In this document: in pieces, positions 55,549-64,000 of the stretch
Layout: every line of letters starts with the position of its first letter
Position numbering within the stretch: the stretch's first letter is position 1
DNA from: a virus
Lineage: Duplodnaviria; Caudoviricetes
IMG/VR virus record: IMGVR_UViG_3300014590_000001
Span: 192,658 to 256,657 of that record
DNA: 64,000 nucleotides
Strand: one strand, 5' to 3'
Translations under genes and position numbers: made by a program
The notes under the pieces: model-generated
The model's database searches: none
What the model was told of the DNA's origin: nothing
The model's input: only the letters and a program-made list of their open reading frames with translations

Positions 55549-56710
55549 GTTGCCTGAACGTCCAGCAACGGGCGTAGGATTTAAATTTGATGCCAAAGAG
55601 TTGGCTGGTGTTTTAAAGAAAGTCGATAACGTTACAAGATTTTCTCAAAGTAACGACAAGCTGACGCACATTCATTTAATTTGTAGCTACAAGTCGCAAG
55701 TGTTTGTTATCGGTCGTACTCCGGACACGTTTGTTGCTTATCTGCTTCCAAATGCGATGGCAGATGGCGATACGGTATTCAACATCGATCCGGTTCAATT
55801 GGCTGGCCTGATTGCGAAACGTAGTTCAATGACTGCGACGTATGAAGGGCGCGAAGTTGATATGCGTGAAGTGAAAGGACGTTATCAAACTAAATTTAAA
55901 GTGCGTCCTCTTTCGCCTGAACAGATTCCAATGGTTAACGAAGGTCTGCGTCACCATTTGCAGGGCGGCAATGAAATGTCTGAAGAAGTTATTCAGAAAA
56001 TGGTTGAGGGTGTGCGTCTGTGTCGTCTGAAAGATACGATCACTCAAGAATCAATTATTTGTCGCGTTGAATGTGACCAGAAAGATATGCGCGTGTCTTC
56101 GGTTTCGAATTGGGCAAGCAGTAAGTTCACAACGAAGCTGAAAGAAAAAGTAGCGGCGTTTCGTTTCAGCTTGTCGGTTGAAATGTTCGATCTGGTTATG
56201 CAGTTCTGCGGTAAAAACAAAGTGAGTTTCTTTGCAGACTCAAACAGCTTTGCGGCAGAGTCAGAAGAATTTGTTCTGACGTTACCGCCGATTCAAAGTA
56301 CCGATCAGGATTATCAGTATATCGACGTGATGGAAAATGCAATGGGCGCTCCGCTTATTGCACTCACGTTGAAAGGTGATATTACCGCGCCGTTCGAAAA
56401 CATCATGACGCTGGTTGACGTGAAAGCGAATACTCGTGTTGATGTTAAGTTCGAAAAGAAAAACATGCACATCGGTTTTGATAACGATAGCGGCAGCGTT
56501 CGTGATAGTGTCAATCTGGAAAAAGCGGTTGAACGTGAAATCGCAACGCAGTTTGATATTCGTATTCTGCGTGAAATGCTGCGTAACATCGGCAAAGAAA
56601 ACGAACACCGTTTAGGTTTGCACGGTACGCTGAAGAAATTCAAATCAATGAGTCTACAATATGATTTGAAAGAAGGTAAACTCGTTTACTTTGGATTCAT
56701 TCCAGTATGA
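55535..56710 (+). CDS. probable beta sliding clamp (DnaN-like)
   Basis: ~390 aa with a three-fold alpha/beta repeat pattern (F.FDAKEL..VL.KV...L..I.L; QFD.R.L.E.L..I). Located next to the polymerase, and dnaX is present in the window. Confidence 0.55.
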   Translation: MKKCKLPERPATGVGFKFDAKELAGVLKKVDNVTRFSQSNDKLTHIHLICSYKSQVFVIGRTPDTFVAYLLPNAMADGDTVFNIDPVQLAGLIAKRSSMTATYEGREVDMREVKGRYQTKFKVRPLSPEQIPMVNEGLRHHLQGGNEMSEEVIQKMVEGVRLCRLKDTITQESIICRVECDQKDMRVSSVSNWASSKFTTKLKEKVAAFRFSLSVEMFDLVMQFCGKNKVSFFADSNSFAAESEEFVLTLPPIQSTDQDYQYIDVMENAMGAPLIALTLKGDITAPFENIMTLVDVKANTRVDVKFEKKNMHIGFDNDSGSVRDSVNLEKAVEREIATQFDIRILREMLRNIGKENEHRLGLHGTLKKFKSMSLQYDLKEGKLVYFGFIPV

Positions 56711-57135
56711 GTTCAATCTCATTTCGTCGGGGTCAAATTGTTGGCCCTGTTTCCGAAGTCCCTCGCGATATACTTTTTGAAATCGAAGGTGGTCGCGGGA
56801 TTCGCAGGTTCATCATTATCACTAAGCCTGTGTACGGAACTTCAATAGATTGTGATAGCGCTGCTCCACTGCAACACGGAACTAATTTCAAACAATCTTA
56901 TTTGCGTTTGTCGGGTACGATTGTTGGATCACTTTTAGAAGTTACTGCGCGTTGGTGTAAGTTCAATCGTCTATCGGTTGCGTTCTCTCCACCAAGCGAA
57001 ATTCTTCACACTTTCACTTGTCCTACGGAGGCGCAGTCCGGTGGGCTGTTAGTTTACCACGATAACAGCGGAAGTTTCTTTGCGGTTCCTGCTAAGGTTC
57101 CGGAAAGTAGTCTGCTTGTTACGGATAAGGATTGA
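56707..57135 (+). CDS. hypothetical protein
   Basis: ATGA coupling. Confidence 0.65.
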   Translation: MSSISFRRGQIVGPVSEVPRDILFEIEGGRGIRRFIIITKPVYGTSIDCDSAAPLQHGTNFKQSYLRLSGTIVGSLLEVTARWCKFNRLSVAFSPPSEILHTFTCPTEAQSGGLLVYHDNSGSFFAVPAKVPESSLLVTDKD

Positions 57136-57136
57136 T

Positions 57137-57703
57137 ATGGGAAAGAAAACGCCAATGGATGATCTGTCTCGCATTCGACTGAAAGTAAAAGACGATCCGC
57201 GTTACAAGAAAATCCGTAAGCTGTTTAAGCACGAAGATTTATTCCAGTTGCCTCTCGCTGAATACTCGCGGGAGGTGGATGATCTTTTTGCAATGCGTAA
57301 GGTTCGCTCGATTAACATTGGTAGTCAGGACGCACTCAATAAACTGGCAGAAAGTATCGTGCAAGACCAGAGCTATCGTTCGCGCATGACAGAAATTCTC
57401 GCCATCATTTCTAACAGTCATAAAACGCTGGAAGATTTATTGAGTCGCTTTCAAGATTATATCACCGTGTCATACGGCAACGATCTGAAAGCGGTAGGCG
57501 CAGCGAAAGAACGTGAACGTGCTGTAAAAAATATTATGGCTGAGTATTACCGCTATTGCGATAATTTAAGTACGTTGATTTCCAAAATTGATTTATATGT
57601 AAAAGATATAGACAAGGCTGGATATGCGTTTAAATCGTTGGTCGATACTTTAGGCATTATTAATCAGCGTGAATACGGTCTACCTAATACGAATAGGAAA
57701 TAA
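57137..57703 (+). CDS. helical hypothetical protein (possibly UvsY-like recombination mediator)
   Basis: All-helical ~190 aa next to the UvsW-like helicase. The function is a guess. Confidence 0.55.
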   Translation: MGKKTPMDDLSRIRLKVKDDPRYKKIRKLFKHEDLFQLPLAEYSREVDDLFAMRKVRSINIGSQDALNKLAESIVQDQSYRSRMTEILAIISNSHKTLEDLLSRFQDYITVSYGNDLKAVGAAKERERAVKNIMAEYYRYCDNLSTLISKIDLYVKDIDKAGYAFKSLVDTLGIINQREYGLPNTNRK

Positions 57704-57705
57704 TC

Positions 57706-59316
57706 GTGGCGAAGAAAAAGAAAGACGATGATCGAATTGGTATCGTCGTGGATAGTCGCTTACATATTCCTGTTAAAGTCGTAGATGCGCCGAAGATTAT
57801 TAAAAAACTCACACGTTACCAGTTTGAAGATGGTATTTGTAAGACGTGTGAGTTTCGGCCTTTGCGCCCTAGCGCGGAATGTAATGTTTGCGAAACTGGC
57901 GGTTTGGTCGGCGTAACTGTGTTGGGTAAACTTGACACGGTAGAAGGGAAAAAAGTTGTTTCGATTCCATATGGCGAAATGCACCGCTTCCCTAAGTTGA
58001 CCGGACTGCCATTAGATCGTGTACGCTTCATTAATAAAACTACTCGCGTACCTTATGACTACGATGTGAAATTCACTGGTGAGTTGCGTGAGTATCAGAA
58101 AAAACCTGTATCCGATTTAATGGATGAACTGTGCGGATTATTAAAAGCGCCGCCACGTTCAGGTAAAACAGTTTGCGGTACTTATGTTGCGTGTACGCAC
58201 GGATATAAAACTGTGATCATGGCTGACCAGAAAGACTTCCTCGATGGTTTCTATGAGACAATCGAAAGCATGACGAATCTTCCTGAACTGGAAGAAGAAC
58301 ATGGGAAGAAACTTTATGGTTTCCCGAAAAAACTCGAAGACTTTGAGAACTTCCAGATCATCCTGATAACGTATCAATCGTTACTGGAAAAAAGTAAGGT
58401 TGCGAAGAAGCGTTTAAAACTTCTGAACAAACACTTTGGAACAATCGTAGTTGATGAAATTCATGCGGCAGGTGCTCCGACTTACACGAAGATTCTTGCC
58501 AGCCTGAAAATGAAATATCGTTACGGTCTGACTGCAACGCCAAAACGAAAAGACAGTTTGCATTATCGCGTCGAAAGTACGTTTGGCCCTGTGGTTGCTG
58601 AAGCGTTTGTTGATGAAATGGTTCCGAAGATTACGATTCATAAAACTTCGAAGCACGTTCATAGCAAACAGAAATTTGCTGGTAAAGCAGGTTGGACTTA
58701 TCTCAATAAGTTTCTTGCGAACCACAAAGATCGTAACGACAAAATCTTTGAGTGGATTATCAAAGATCTTGATGCAGGTCGTTCGCTTGCAATTCCGATT
58801 ATGTTTACTGACCAAGCGCATAAACTTGTGCGTCGAATCAACGAGCATTATTGCGAAGAAGTGGCGGCAGTATTCTTAGGCGGTGCGCGTGAGGCGAAAC
58901 GTCGTAAGCCGATTGTTGATGCGGCTCGCGAAGGTAAAATTCGTTGTATCGTTGGAATGCGAAAACTTATGCAGCGCGGTATCAACATTCCTAAATGGGA
59001 TACGCTGTATTACATAATGCCGATGAATAACGAACCGAACTGGAAACAGGAATCGTGTCGTATTCTAACGCCGATGGAAGGAAAGAAAACTCCGGTTATC
59101 CGAATGTTTATCGATCCTAACTTTGATAAGTCTATGGGCTTTGCGCGGTCGGTATTAAAAATGTGTTGGAAGTTTGGCTACGAAAAAGCGAAACGTACTC
59201 CGGCGAAACTGGAGAAATATTTCGGTGTGACTGATCGCGATGATGTTTTAGGTGATGGTCTTCCGGATTACTTTACTCCTAACGACGAGCAATCACGAAG
59301 AAGTTTATTTGGATAA
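57706..59316 (+). CDS. SF2 DNA helicase (UvsW/ResIII-like)
   Basis: LREYQ, APPRSGKT, VDEIH, GLTATP.R.D, RGINIP and QESCRILT. Confidence 0.9.
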   Translation: MAKKKKDDDRIGIVVDSRLHIPVKVVDAPKIIKKLTRYQFEDGICKTCEFRPLRPSAECNVCETGGLVGVTVLGKLDTVEGKKVVSIPYGEMHRFPKLTGLPLDRVRFINKTTRVPYDYDVKFTGELREYQKKPVSDLMDELCGLLKAPPRSGKTVCGTYVACTHGYKTVIMADQKDFLDGFYETIESMTNLPELEEEHGKKLYGFPKKLEDFENFQIILITYQSLLEKSKVAKKRLKLLNKHFGTIVVDEIHAAGAPTYTKILASLKMKYRYGLTATPKRKDSLHYRVESTFGPVVAEAFVDEMVPKITIHKTSKHVHSKQKFAGKAGWTYLNKFLANHKDRNDKIFEWIIKDLDAGRSLAIPIMFTDQAHKLVRRINEHYCEEVAAVFLGGAREAKRRKPIVDAAREGKIRCIVGMRKLMQRGINIPKWDTLYYIMPMNNEPNWKQESCRILTPMEGKKTPVIRMFIDPNFDKSMGFARSVLKMCWKFGYEKAKRTPAKLEKYFGVTDRDDVLGDGLPDYFTPNDEQSRRSLFG

Positions 59317-59321
59317 AACGT

Positions 59322-59669
59322 ATGTATGATATTTCGGTTCAAGATATTATCCGTGCGGGGCGTGAACAGAGTATGCGAATCTCCCATGAGGCCAGCGATG
59401 GCTTCATTGGTGATCGTCAGGTGACTGTAACCTTCAACGAATGTTGTCATCGTGAATCTGTTGTGCGTTCTATCGTTAATTCAATTTTCGATTACGGCGA
59501 TAAGGTTACAATCTGCGGCGATGTAAGATTCCGCGCTCATAAGGAAGACGAATCAACATTCGATATGTTTGTTTCTTTCCGAATTGATCCGGATAGCATT
59601 GTCATGAGTAAATCAGTGGAGGAAACGAATGAGACAGGATCAAGTTCAGCACCTGTTCCAGAAAATTGA
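59322..59669 (+). CDS. hypothetical protein
   Basis: ORF in operon. Confidence 0.6.
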   Translation: MYDISVQDIIRAGREQSMRISHEASDGFIGDRQVTVTFNECCHRESVVRSIVNSIFDYGDKVTICGDVRFRAHKEDESTFDMFVSFRIDPDSIVMSKSVEETNETGSSSAPVPEN

Positions 59670-60012
59670 GATTCCGGGGCTTAGTGCTCAGGTGGCTCGT
59701 GTGTTGGGATTCAACCATTTCGAATGGATCTCAAAAGACGTTGACGCTTATTTTGCACACGTTCCACAACGCCATAAAATCACGTATGAAATTCCTGAAA
59801 CAGCTTTGCAGACGGGCATTAGTCCAGACGCAGTTGCTGAAGTAATTAAAGGAACGAAATACTATGAGCAATATATGGCGACTGTTCCGGACGGTGAAGT
59901 AGGCCGTAGCTTAATTCATGACTATCAAATTTTCCCTTCTGAAAAATCAACTTCAGGTTGGAAAGTTACGTTTAGTTATTCGTTAGTTCAGTACGATACG
60001 CCGTACTGGTAA
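59629..60012 (+). CDS. hypothetical protein
   Basis: GGAGG SD. Confidence 0.65.
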   Translation: MRQDQVQHLFQKIEIPGLSAQVARVLGFNHFEWISKDVDAYFAHVPQRHKITYEIPETALQTGISPDAVAEVIKGTKYYEQYMATVPDGEVGRSLIHDYQIFPSEKSTSGWKVTFSYSLVQYDTPYW

Positions 60013-60026
60013 CAGAGATTCCCTTC

Positions 60027-60323
60027 ATGCCTACAACTATCAGCACTTCAAAAGTCGTTATTGAAATTCCACCTCACCTTATCCAAAAGATTTATGCCGA
60101 TACGGTTAAGCGTGTTTTCTCTCGCACTAATGAACCTGTAACTTTCGAAATTGAAGGGATTATTGCTATCCCTAACGTTGTCGAACTCTATGCTGTGTCC
60201 TACGATATGGGTGATGTTTTCTTTAATCCGGACGGCACTTATCATAAAGGCAGTTTCTATGATCGTGCGGTAGGACAGGCTACACTTACTCTTAGCATGG
60301 TACGTGTGTTTCCAGATCTGTAA
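60027..60323 (+). CDS. hypothetical protein
   Basis: ORF in operon. Confidence 0.6.
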   Translation: MPTTISTSKVVIEIPPHLIQKIYADTVKRVFSRTNEPVTFEIEGIIAIPNVVELYAVSYDMGDVFFNPDGTYHKGSFYDRAVGQATLTLSMVRVFPDL

Positions 60324-60324
60324 A
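60314..60324 (+). promoter_or_regulatory. AGATCTGTAAA class 1 promoter motif
   Basis: Near-exact copy. Confidence 0.6.
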
Positions 60325-60359
60325 TATAAGGCATAAGCTCTTTAATACTGGATTTGATT

Positions 60360-60989
60360 ATGTCTGCAAAACTTTTGGATTTCGCTTTCAAAACAGAAGT
60401 TTCAAACAAGCTGCGTACATTGGGCTGTGACCCAGGAATGTTGTTCGGCGAAAAGCGTGAATACGATTTGATGGAATCGGTGCAAGATTACAAAACAATT
60501 TCACCGTACTTCAAAACAAAACTTGTTTCGAAACGCAAGCAGCTAAATCTGGCCGCGAAACTTTTGGATGAACCGTTGAAAGCTGACGGCATCCATGTTG
60601 TGAGTAGTTTCCCGAATGATACGCGAGCGAAGATGTTCGCGCTTCATGTTATGCGTAATGCGTATATGGATTCTATAGCAACTTCACGTAAACCGAAGTG
60701 GGTTACGTTGTATGGCGATAAACTTGATTACGAACGTGTGAAATCAGGTCGCCCGAATTTTATTGTTATCAGTAACGTTGTGATTGATAGCACTCAGTAT
60801 AAAATGGAACGTCTTCGTGATCTGCTTTCAATGTTTGGTGATATTCCTCGCCTCGTTGTGACAGGCGGCACGATTGATCCGACTGAACTTTTTAATAACC
60901 GTTTGTATCTGGAATGCGATAGCGCTCTTAGTATCGGGCCAGATAACGTTGTAGCTAACTTACTCGACTTGATGATGGAAAACGTATAA
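60360..60989 (+). CDS. hypothetical protein
   Basis: ~209-aa ORF after the promoter motif. Confidence 0.75.
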   Translation: MSAKLLDFAFKTEVSNKLRTLGCDPGMLFGEKREYDLMESVQDYKTISPYFKTKLVSKRKQLNLAAKLLDEPLKADGIHVVSSFPNDTRAKMFALHVMRNAYMDSIATSRKPKWVTLYGDKLDYERVKSGRPNFIVISNVVIDSTQYKMERLRDLLSMFGDIPRLVVTGGTIDPTELFNNRLYLECDSALSIGPDNVVANLLDLMMENV

Positions 60990-61186
60990 TGACACTACTG
61001 GATGAATTGAATGCTCTTTTGGAAAACTCTGATCTCAATCTGCCTACGTTCCGTTGCAGCGTTTCGCGCTCAGGAAATAATAAGCAGTGGTTGGAAAAGA
61101 ATCTCAAACGCCATCCAACGTGTCCGGCACGAATCAAAGAATTGGTGGCTATGCCGCTTTCGGTTCTGCTCTCTGAAAAATCCTAA
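60989..61186 (+). CDS. small hypothetical protein
   Basis: TAATG coupling. Confidence 0.6.
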   Translation: MTLLDELNALLENSDLNLPTFRCSVSRSGNNKQWLEKNLKRHPTCPARIKELVAMPLSVLLSEKS

Positions 61187-61199
61187 CTGGACAACATCA

Positions 61200-62066
61200 A
61201 TGGAAAAATCTTTTAGCCTTGTGCCTGTATCCACTTCTAAACACGTCGTTGAAACTGACTACCTGACCGAAGAAGCGCAAACAGTCATGACTGCTGATGC
61301 AGAAGAACATGCTTTGTCTCAGTACGAAGAACTCACGCAAGAAATTGAGCGTCTGGAATTCGAAAAGGAAATGACAGAAGTTCGCGCAGAGAACACTCGT
61401 AAATATTACGAGAACGAATTTGCCGAACTGTTGGATGAAATCGAAGAACTCGGAATTCAAATCGAAGAGAAGTATTCAGACGTTGATTCTGAATACGATC
61501 TCGAAGATGAAGACGATCCGGACGACGACACCGACCGCCACAAGAAAGGCAAGAGCGGTGCCGATAAGGATATTGAAGATTATCTGCGTGAAGCTATGGA
61601 AGGTGCTCAAGACCGCGATGAAGTTTCAGACATTGACGAAGATGATAAAGGTTTCAACCACAACGATGGTACTGCGGCTTCCCTGCGTAAGAAATGCCGC
61701 AAACTTTATCTCGCCATTGCTTCTAAAACACATCCGGATCGTTGTGGCAACACAAGCAAAGTTCATTTGTTCCGTTCTGCTGTCGAAGCCTTTGAAGTCC
61801 TTAATTTAAAAGTTCTGGAATCCATTTACGAAAAAGTATTTGGAAAACCGTTTGGTAAAACAAATCTCATGGAAAGACTTATCGCATTGCGTATGCGTAA
61901 AGCTATTCTGGAAAATGAGATTCGTTTAATCCGTCAATCAAATAGCTGGGCGCTGCACCTTCTGGAAATTGAAGAAGGACGTGCTTTTGCTAGACAACAA
62001 TACGAAGCTGCACTCAGGAATAAAATCTCTGAAATGCGAGCAATCTTACGAGGCGAATACCCCTAA
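61200..62066 (+). CDS. J-domain (DnaJ-like) co-chaperone with acidic coiled-coil N-terminus
   Basis: LRKKCRKLYLAIASKTHPDR...F....EAFE contains the HPD motif. ATG at 61200. Confidence 0.8.
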   Translation: MEKSFSLVPVSTSKHVVETDYLTEEAQTVMTADAEEHALSQYEELTQEIERLEFEKEMTEVRAENTRKYYENEFAELLDEIEELGIQIEEKYSDVDSEYDLEDEDDPDDDTDRHKKGKSGADKDIEDYLREAMEGAQDRDEVSDIDEDDKGFNHNDGTAASLRKKCRKLYLAIASKTHPDRCGNTSKVHLFRSAVEAFEVLNLKVLESIYEKVFGKPFGKTNLMERLIALRMRKAILENEIRLIRQSNSWALHLLEIEEGRAFARQQYEAALRNKISEMRAILRGEYP

Positions 62067-63142
62067 TGCGAATTTTGATTCTTTATCATAATGCCTGTTC
62101 TGATGGATCATTCGCTGCTGCAACAATATCTCTGGCGTTCCCAATGGATGAAATTCATTACATCGCATTGGACTATGTTCAACCTAATGACTCTGATATC
62201 GTTACGGCAGACGGAATTCCTCTTCACCTGCATCCAGAAATTCGATCCTATGATCGATTGTACTTTGTTGACTTCTCAATTAATGAGCGTCAACTTGCAG
62301 ACTTGACGGCGTTCTATAAGAATAACCTGTACGTATTCGATCATCACAATGTGCGTGACCTTGAGAAGTATCGCGAGTGTTGCAATGCAATTCCTGTATC
62401 GAATCCAAACTCCGGTGAATCGCCTGTTGTTCAGCCAAGCACTAACGTAACTTTCGCCTCGAATGTTTCCGGCGCGATGGTAAGTTATTTTGGCGTACTC
62501 ACTCATTTTTCTCCTTCATCGCCACGCGTTATGGCAATGATCGGAAATCTGATTCGCATTGTTCAATTGGTTAGTGATCGCGATACGTGGCAGACTGATA
62601 AGCCTCGCGCATTCGCTTTCTATGACGGCTATGCGAAAGAAATGTTTGCCGATAAAGAAGAAACTGGTGTGCTGTATTCGACGGTGCCTAACACTGTTGC
62701 TTATGCGCGTAACCTGATTCTGAACGGTAACGTTGAAGAGATTATCGCTCGTGGTTTTGAACGTATCGAAGAACGTAATCAGCATATTGATAAACTGTAT
62801 GCTGCTAACGGTGGAATCTTTGAAGCGAATGAAATCATTCCTCACCGCCACGCAATTACGAGTACGAGTCGTGCAATCGGTTCTGATGCCGCTCAACGTA
62901 TTCGCGATCAAACTGGCGTTCAGTTAGTTCTGGTTGTTCGTTGCGCACCGAATAATGCTGAACCTGAAAAAGTTTTCTGTTCTGTTCGTAGTGATGCAGA
63001 TAGTCCGTACACTGCTAAAATGGTTGCGGAAAGTTTCGGCGGTAGTGGTCATCCTAATGCTTCAGGTTGCGTTATTCCTCGCGAAACTTTTGAAAAGTTT
63101 TATCCAAGCATTAATCCTGATTACAAACAGATTCAAATTTAA
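62066..63142 (+). CDS. DHH/DHHA1-family phosphoesterase
   Basis: YH..CSDG, VDFS, FDHH, D.D.W, SVRS and GGSGHPNASG. Confidence 0.88.
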   Translation: MRILILYHNACSDGSFAAATISLAFPMDEIHYIALDYVQPNDSDIVTADGIPLHLHPEIRSYDRLYFVDFSINERQLADLTAFYKNNLYVFDHHNVRDLEKYRECCNAIPVSNPNSGESPVVQPSTNVTFASNVSGAMVSYFGVLTHFSPSSPRVMAMIGNLIRIVQLVSDRDTWQTDKPRAFAFYDGYAKEMFADKEETGVLYSTVPNTVAYARNLILNGNVEEIIARGFERIEERNQHIDKLYAANGGIFEANEIIPHRHAITSTSRAIGSDAAQRIRDQTGVQLVLVVRCAPNNAEPEKVFCSVRSDADSPYTAKMVAESFGGSGHPNASGCVIPRETFEKFYPSINPDYKQIQI

Positions 63143-63145
63143 TCC

Positions 63146-63175
63146 AAAAGGGCGGCCAAATGTGCTGCCCTTTTT
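63146..63175 (+). terminator. intrinsic terminator (GGGCGGC/GCTGCCC family)
   Basis: aaaagggcggc...gctgcccttttt. Confidence 0.85.
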
Positions 63176-63193
63176 CATTTCTCCTGCGATCTC

Positions 63194-63202
63194 ACTAATT
63201 TT
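63194..63202 (+). promoter_or_regulatory. ACTAATTTT class 2 promoter motif upstream of tail sheath
   Basis: Motif copy 27 nt before the ATG. Confidence 0.55.
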
Positions 63203-63228
63203 TATTAGTCCTTATAGGAGATATGAAG

Positions 63229-64000
63229 ATGCCAATTAACAGCAATCATACGTCTGCTGGCGTTTATACTGGAGTCCGTGATCTTTCTGCGGGTGAAGGT
63301 AATACGCTGTCAACGTCAGTCGTTGGGATCGTAGGTGGAGCAAGACGCGGGCCTGTTAATCAACGCGTACCTGTTCTTAATCCTTCCGCTCTCAGCAATA
63401 CTTTCGGTAAACGCGATCCGAAATACGGATTGAGTCTTTACATCGCGCGTCAAATTTCTAAACAGACTAATCAACTGTTTTATGTGCGACTCACGAAGAA
63501 TGCAAAATATGCCGTACTGGTTGTGTCAGTCGATGATCCAGAAGCAGTAGTTCCAAAAATCAGTATCACTCCTTACGTGGATGATGCCGGAAATATTGTT
63601 GGCGTTGACGATCCAAAACAGTTAGGTTTCCTGCCAACTGATGTTCTCAATGACAACGTTATTGGTTACATCATTTGCGAAAACCCAGGCGAATGGAATA
63701 ACGAGATTAGCGTTCAGATTCGTCCAGCCGTTCCAAAAGGTTTGGATGCAGTACGTGATCGTAAAATCTATAACGCGAAACTTTTCTACGTAGAAGTTTT
63801 CCAAAACTATCAGCAAGGCAGTGCGCCTATCGAACAGATGCAATGCACTCTGGAAGATTACGCTGATGATTTGGGTCGTCAGTATCGTTTCGAAACTGCG
63901 CTTGTTAACGAAAGCTCAAACATTCGCTTTATTCGTAACGAATACTTCACGCATGATATCGACTTCCTCACAAGTGATTTCGCATTCATGGCGGGTGGTA
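63229..64000 (+). CDS. contractile tail sheath protein (5' part; runs off window)
   Basis: Not in the ORF track because it is open at the edge. AGGAG SD, then MPINSNHTSAGVYTGVRDLS...VVGIVGGARRGPVNQ.......FG, a typical sheath N-terminus. Confidence 0.8.
   Translation, partial: MPINSNHTSAGVYTGVRDLSAGEGNTLSTSVVGIVGGARRGPVNQRVPVLNPSALSNTFGKRDPKYGLSLYIARQISKQTNQLFYVRLTKNAKYAVLVVSVDDPEAVVPKISITPYVDDAGNIVGVDDPKQLGFLPTDVLNDNVIGYIICENPGEWNNEISVQIRPAVPKGLDAVRDRKIYNAKLFYVEVFQNYQQGSAPIEQMQCTLEDYADDLGRQYRFETALVNESSNIRFIRNEYFTHDIDFLTSDFAFMAGG

Noticed and set aside
1-64000. Alternative genetic code or tRNA genes
   Set aside because: Standard-code ORFs tile the window with all three stop codons in use. 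I noticed no cloverleaf or T-loop (GTTCGAATCC-type) signature in the spacers, though tRNAscan was not run.

Overview
This 64-kb window comes from a large lytic dsDNA myovirus (jumbo-phage type). It has dense ORFs, the standard genetic code and a tail-sheath gene starting at the right edge. I saw no tRNA, rRNA, CRISPR array or integrase. The gene set includes a sigma70-like factor, gp32-like SSB, CHC2-TOPRIM primase, RuvC, DnaX, a beta-clamp-like protein, SbcC/SbcD, a UDG-PolA fusion, a UvsW-like helicase and a giant SNF2-like protein. This resembles what I recall of the Y3/JA11/AD1/Lu11/RSL1-type phages, but that is inference with no search run. Genes run mostly on the minus strand to ~12.8 kb and on the plus strand afterwards. 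Main unexplained signals: (1) About a dozen otherwise unrelated proteins share an N-terminal M-[EQK]-I-x-[IV]-S-L-S-(A) tag. It is conserved at peptide but not DNA level and looks like a capsid-packaging or protease-cleavage signal for an injected cargo set, which includes an ART-like protein and a 1946-aa helicase. (2) An origin-like hairpin/IHF/AT-rich region is followed by a second PolA/T7-RNAP-fold gene and a gene with a TnpB-like, nuclease-less C-terminus. (3) A ~280-nt structured intergenic RNA candidate has mutually exclusive stems. (4) A 14-nt perfect complement of the 16S rRNA 3' end has no start codon after it. (5) Two phage promoter motifs (TCTGTAAA and STAATTT) partition replication and virion genes. 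(6) An Acb1-like anti-CBASS phosphoesterase is present. All protein family calls are by-eye motif recognition.
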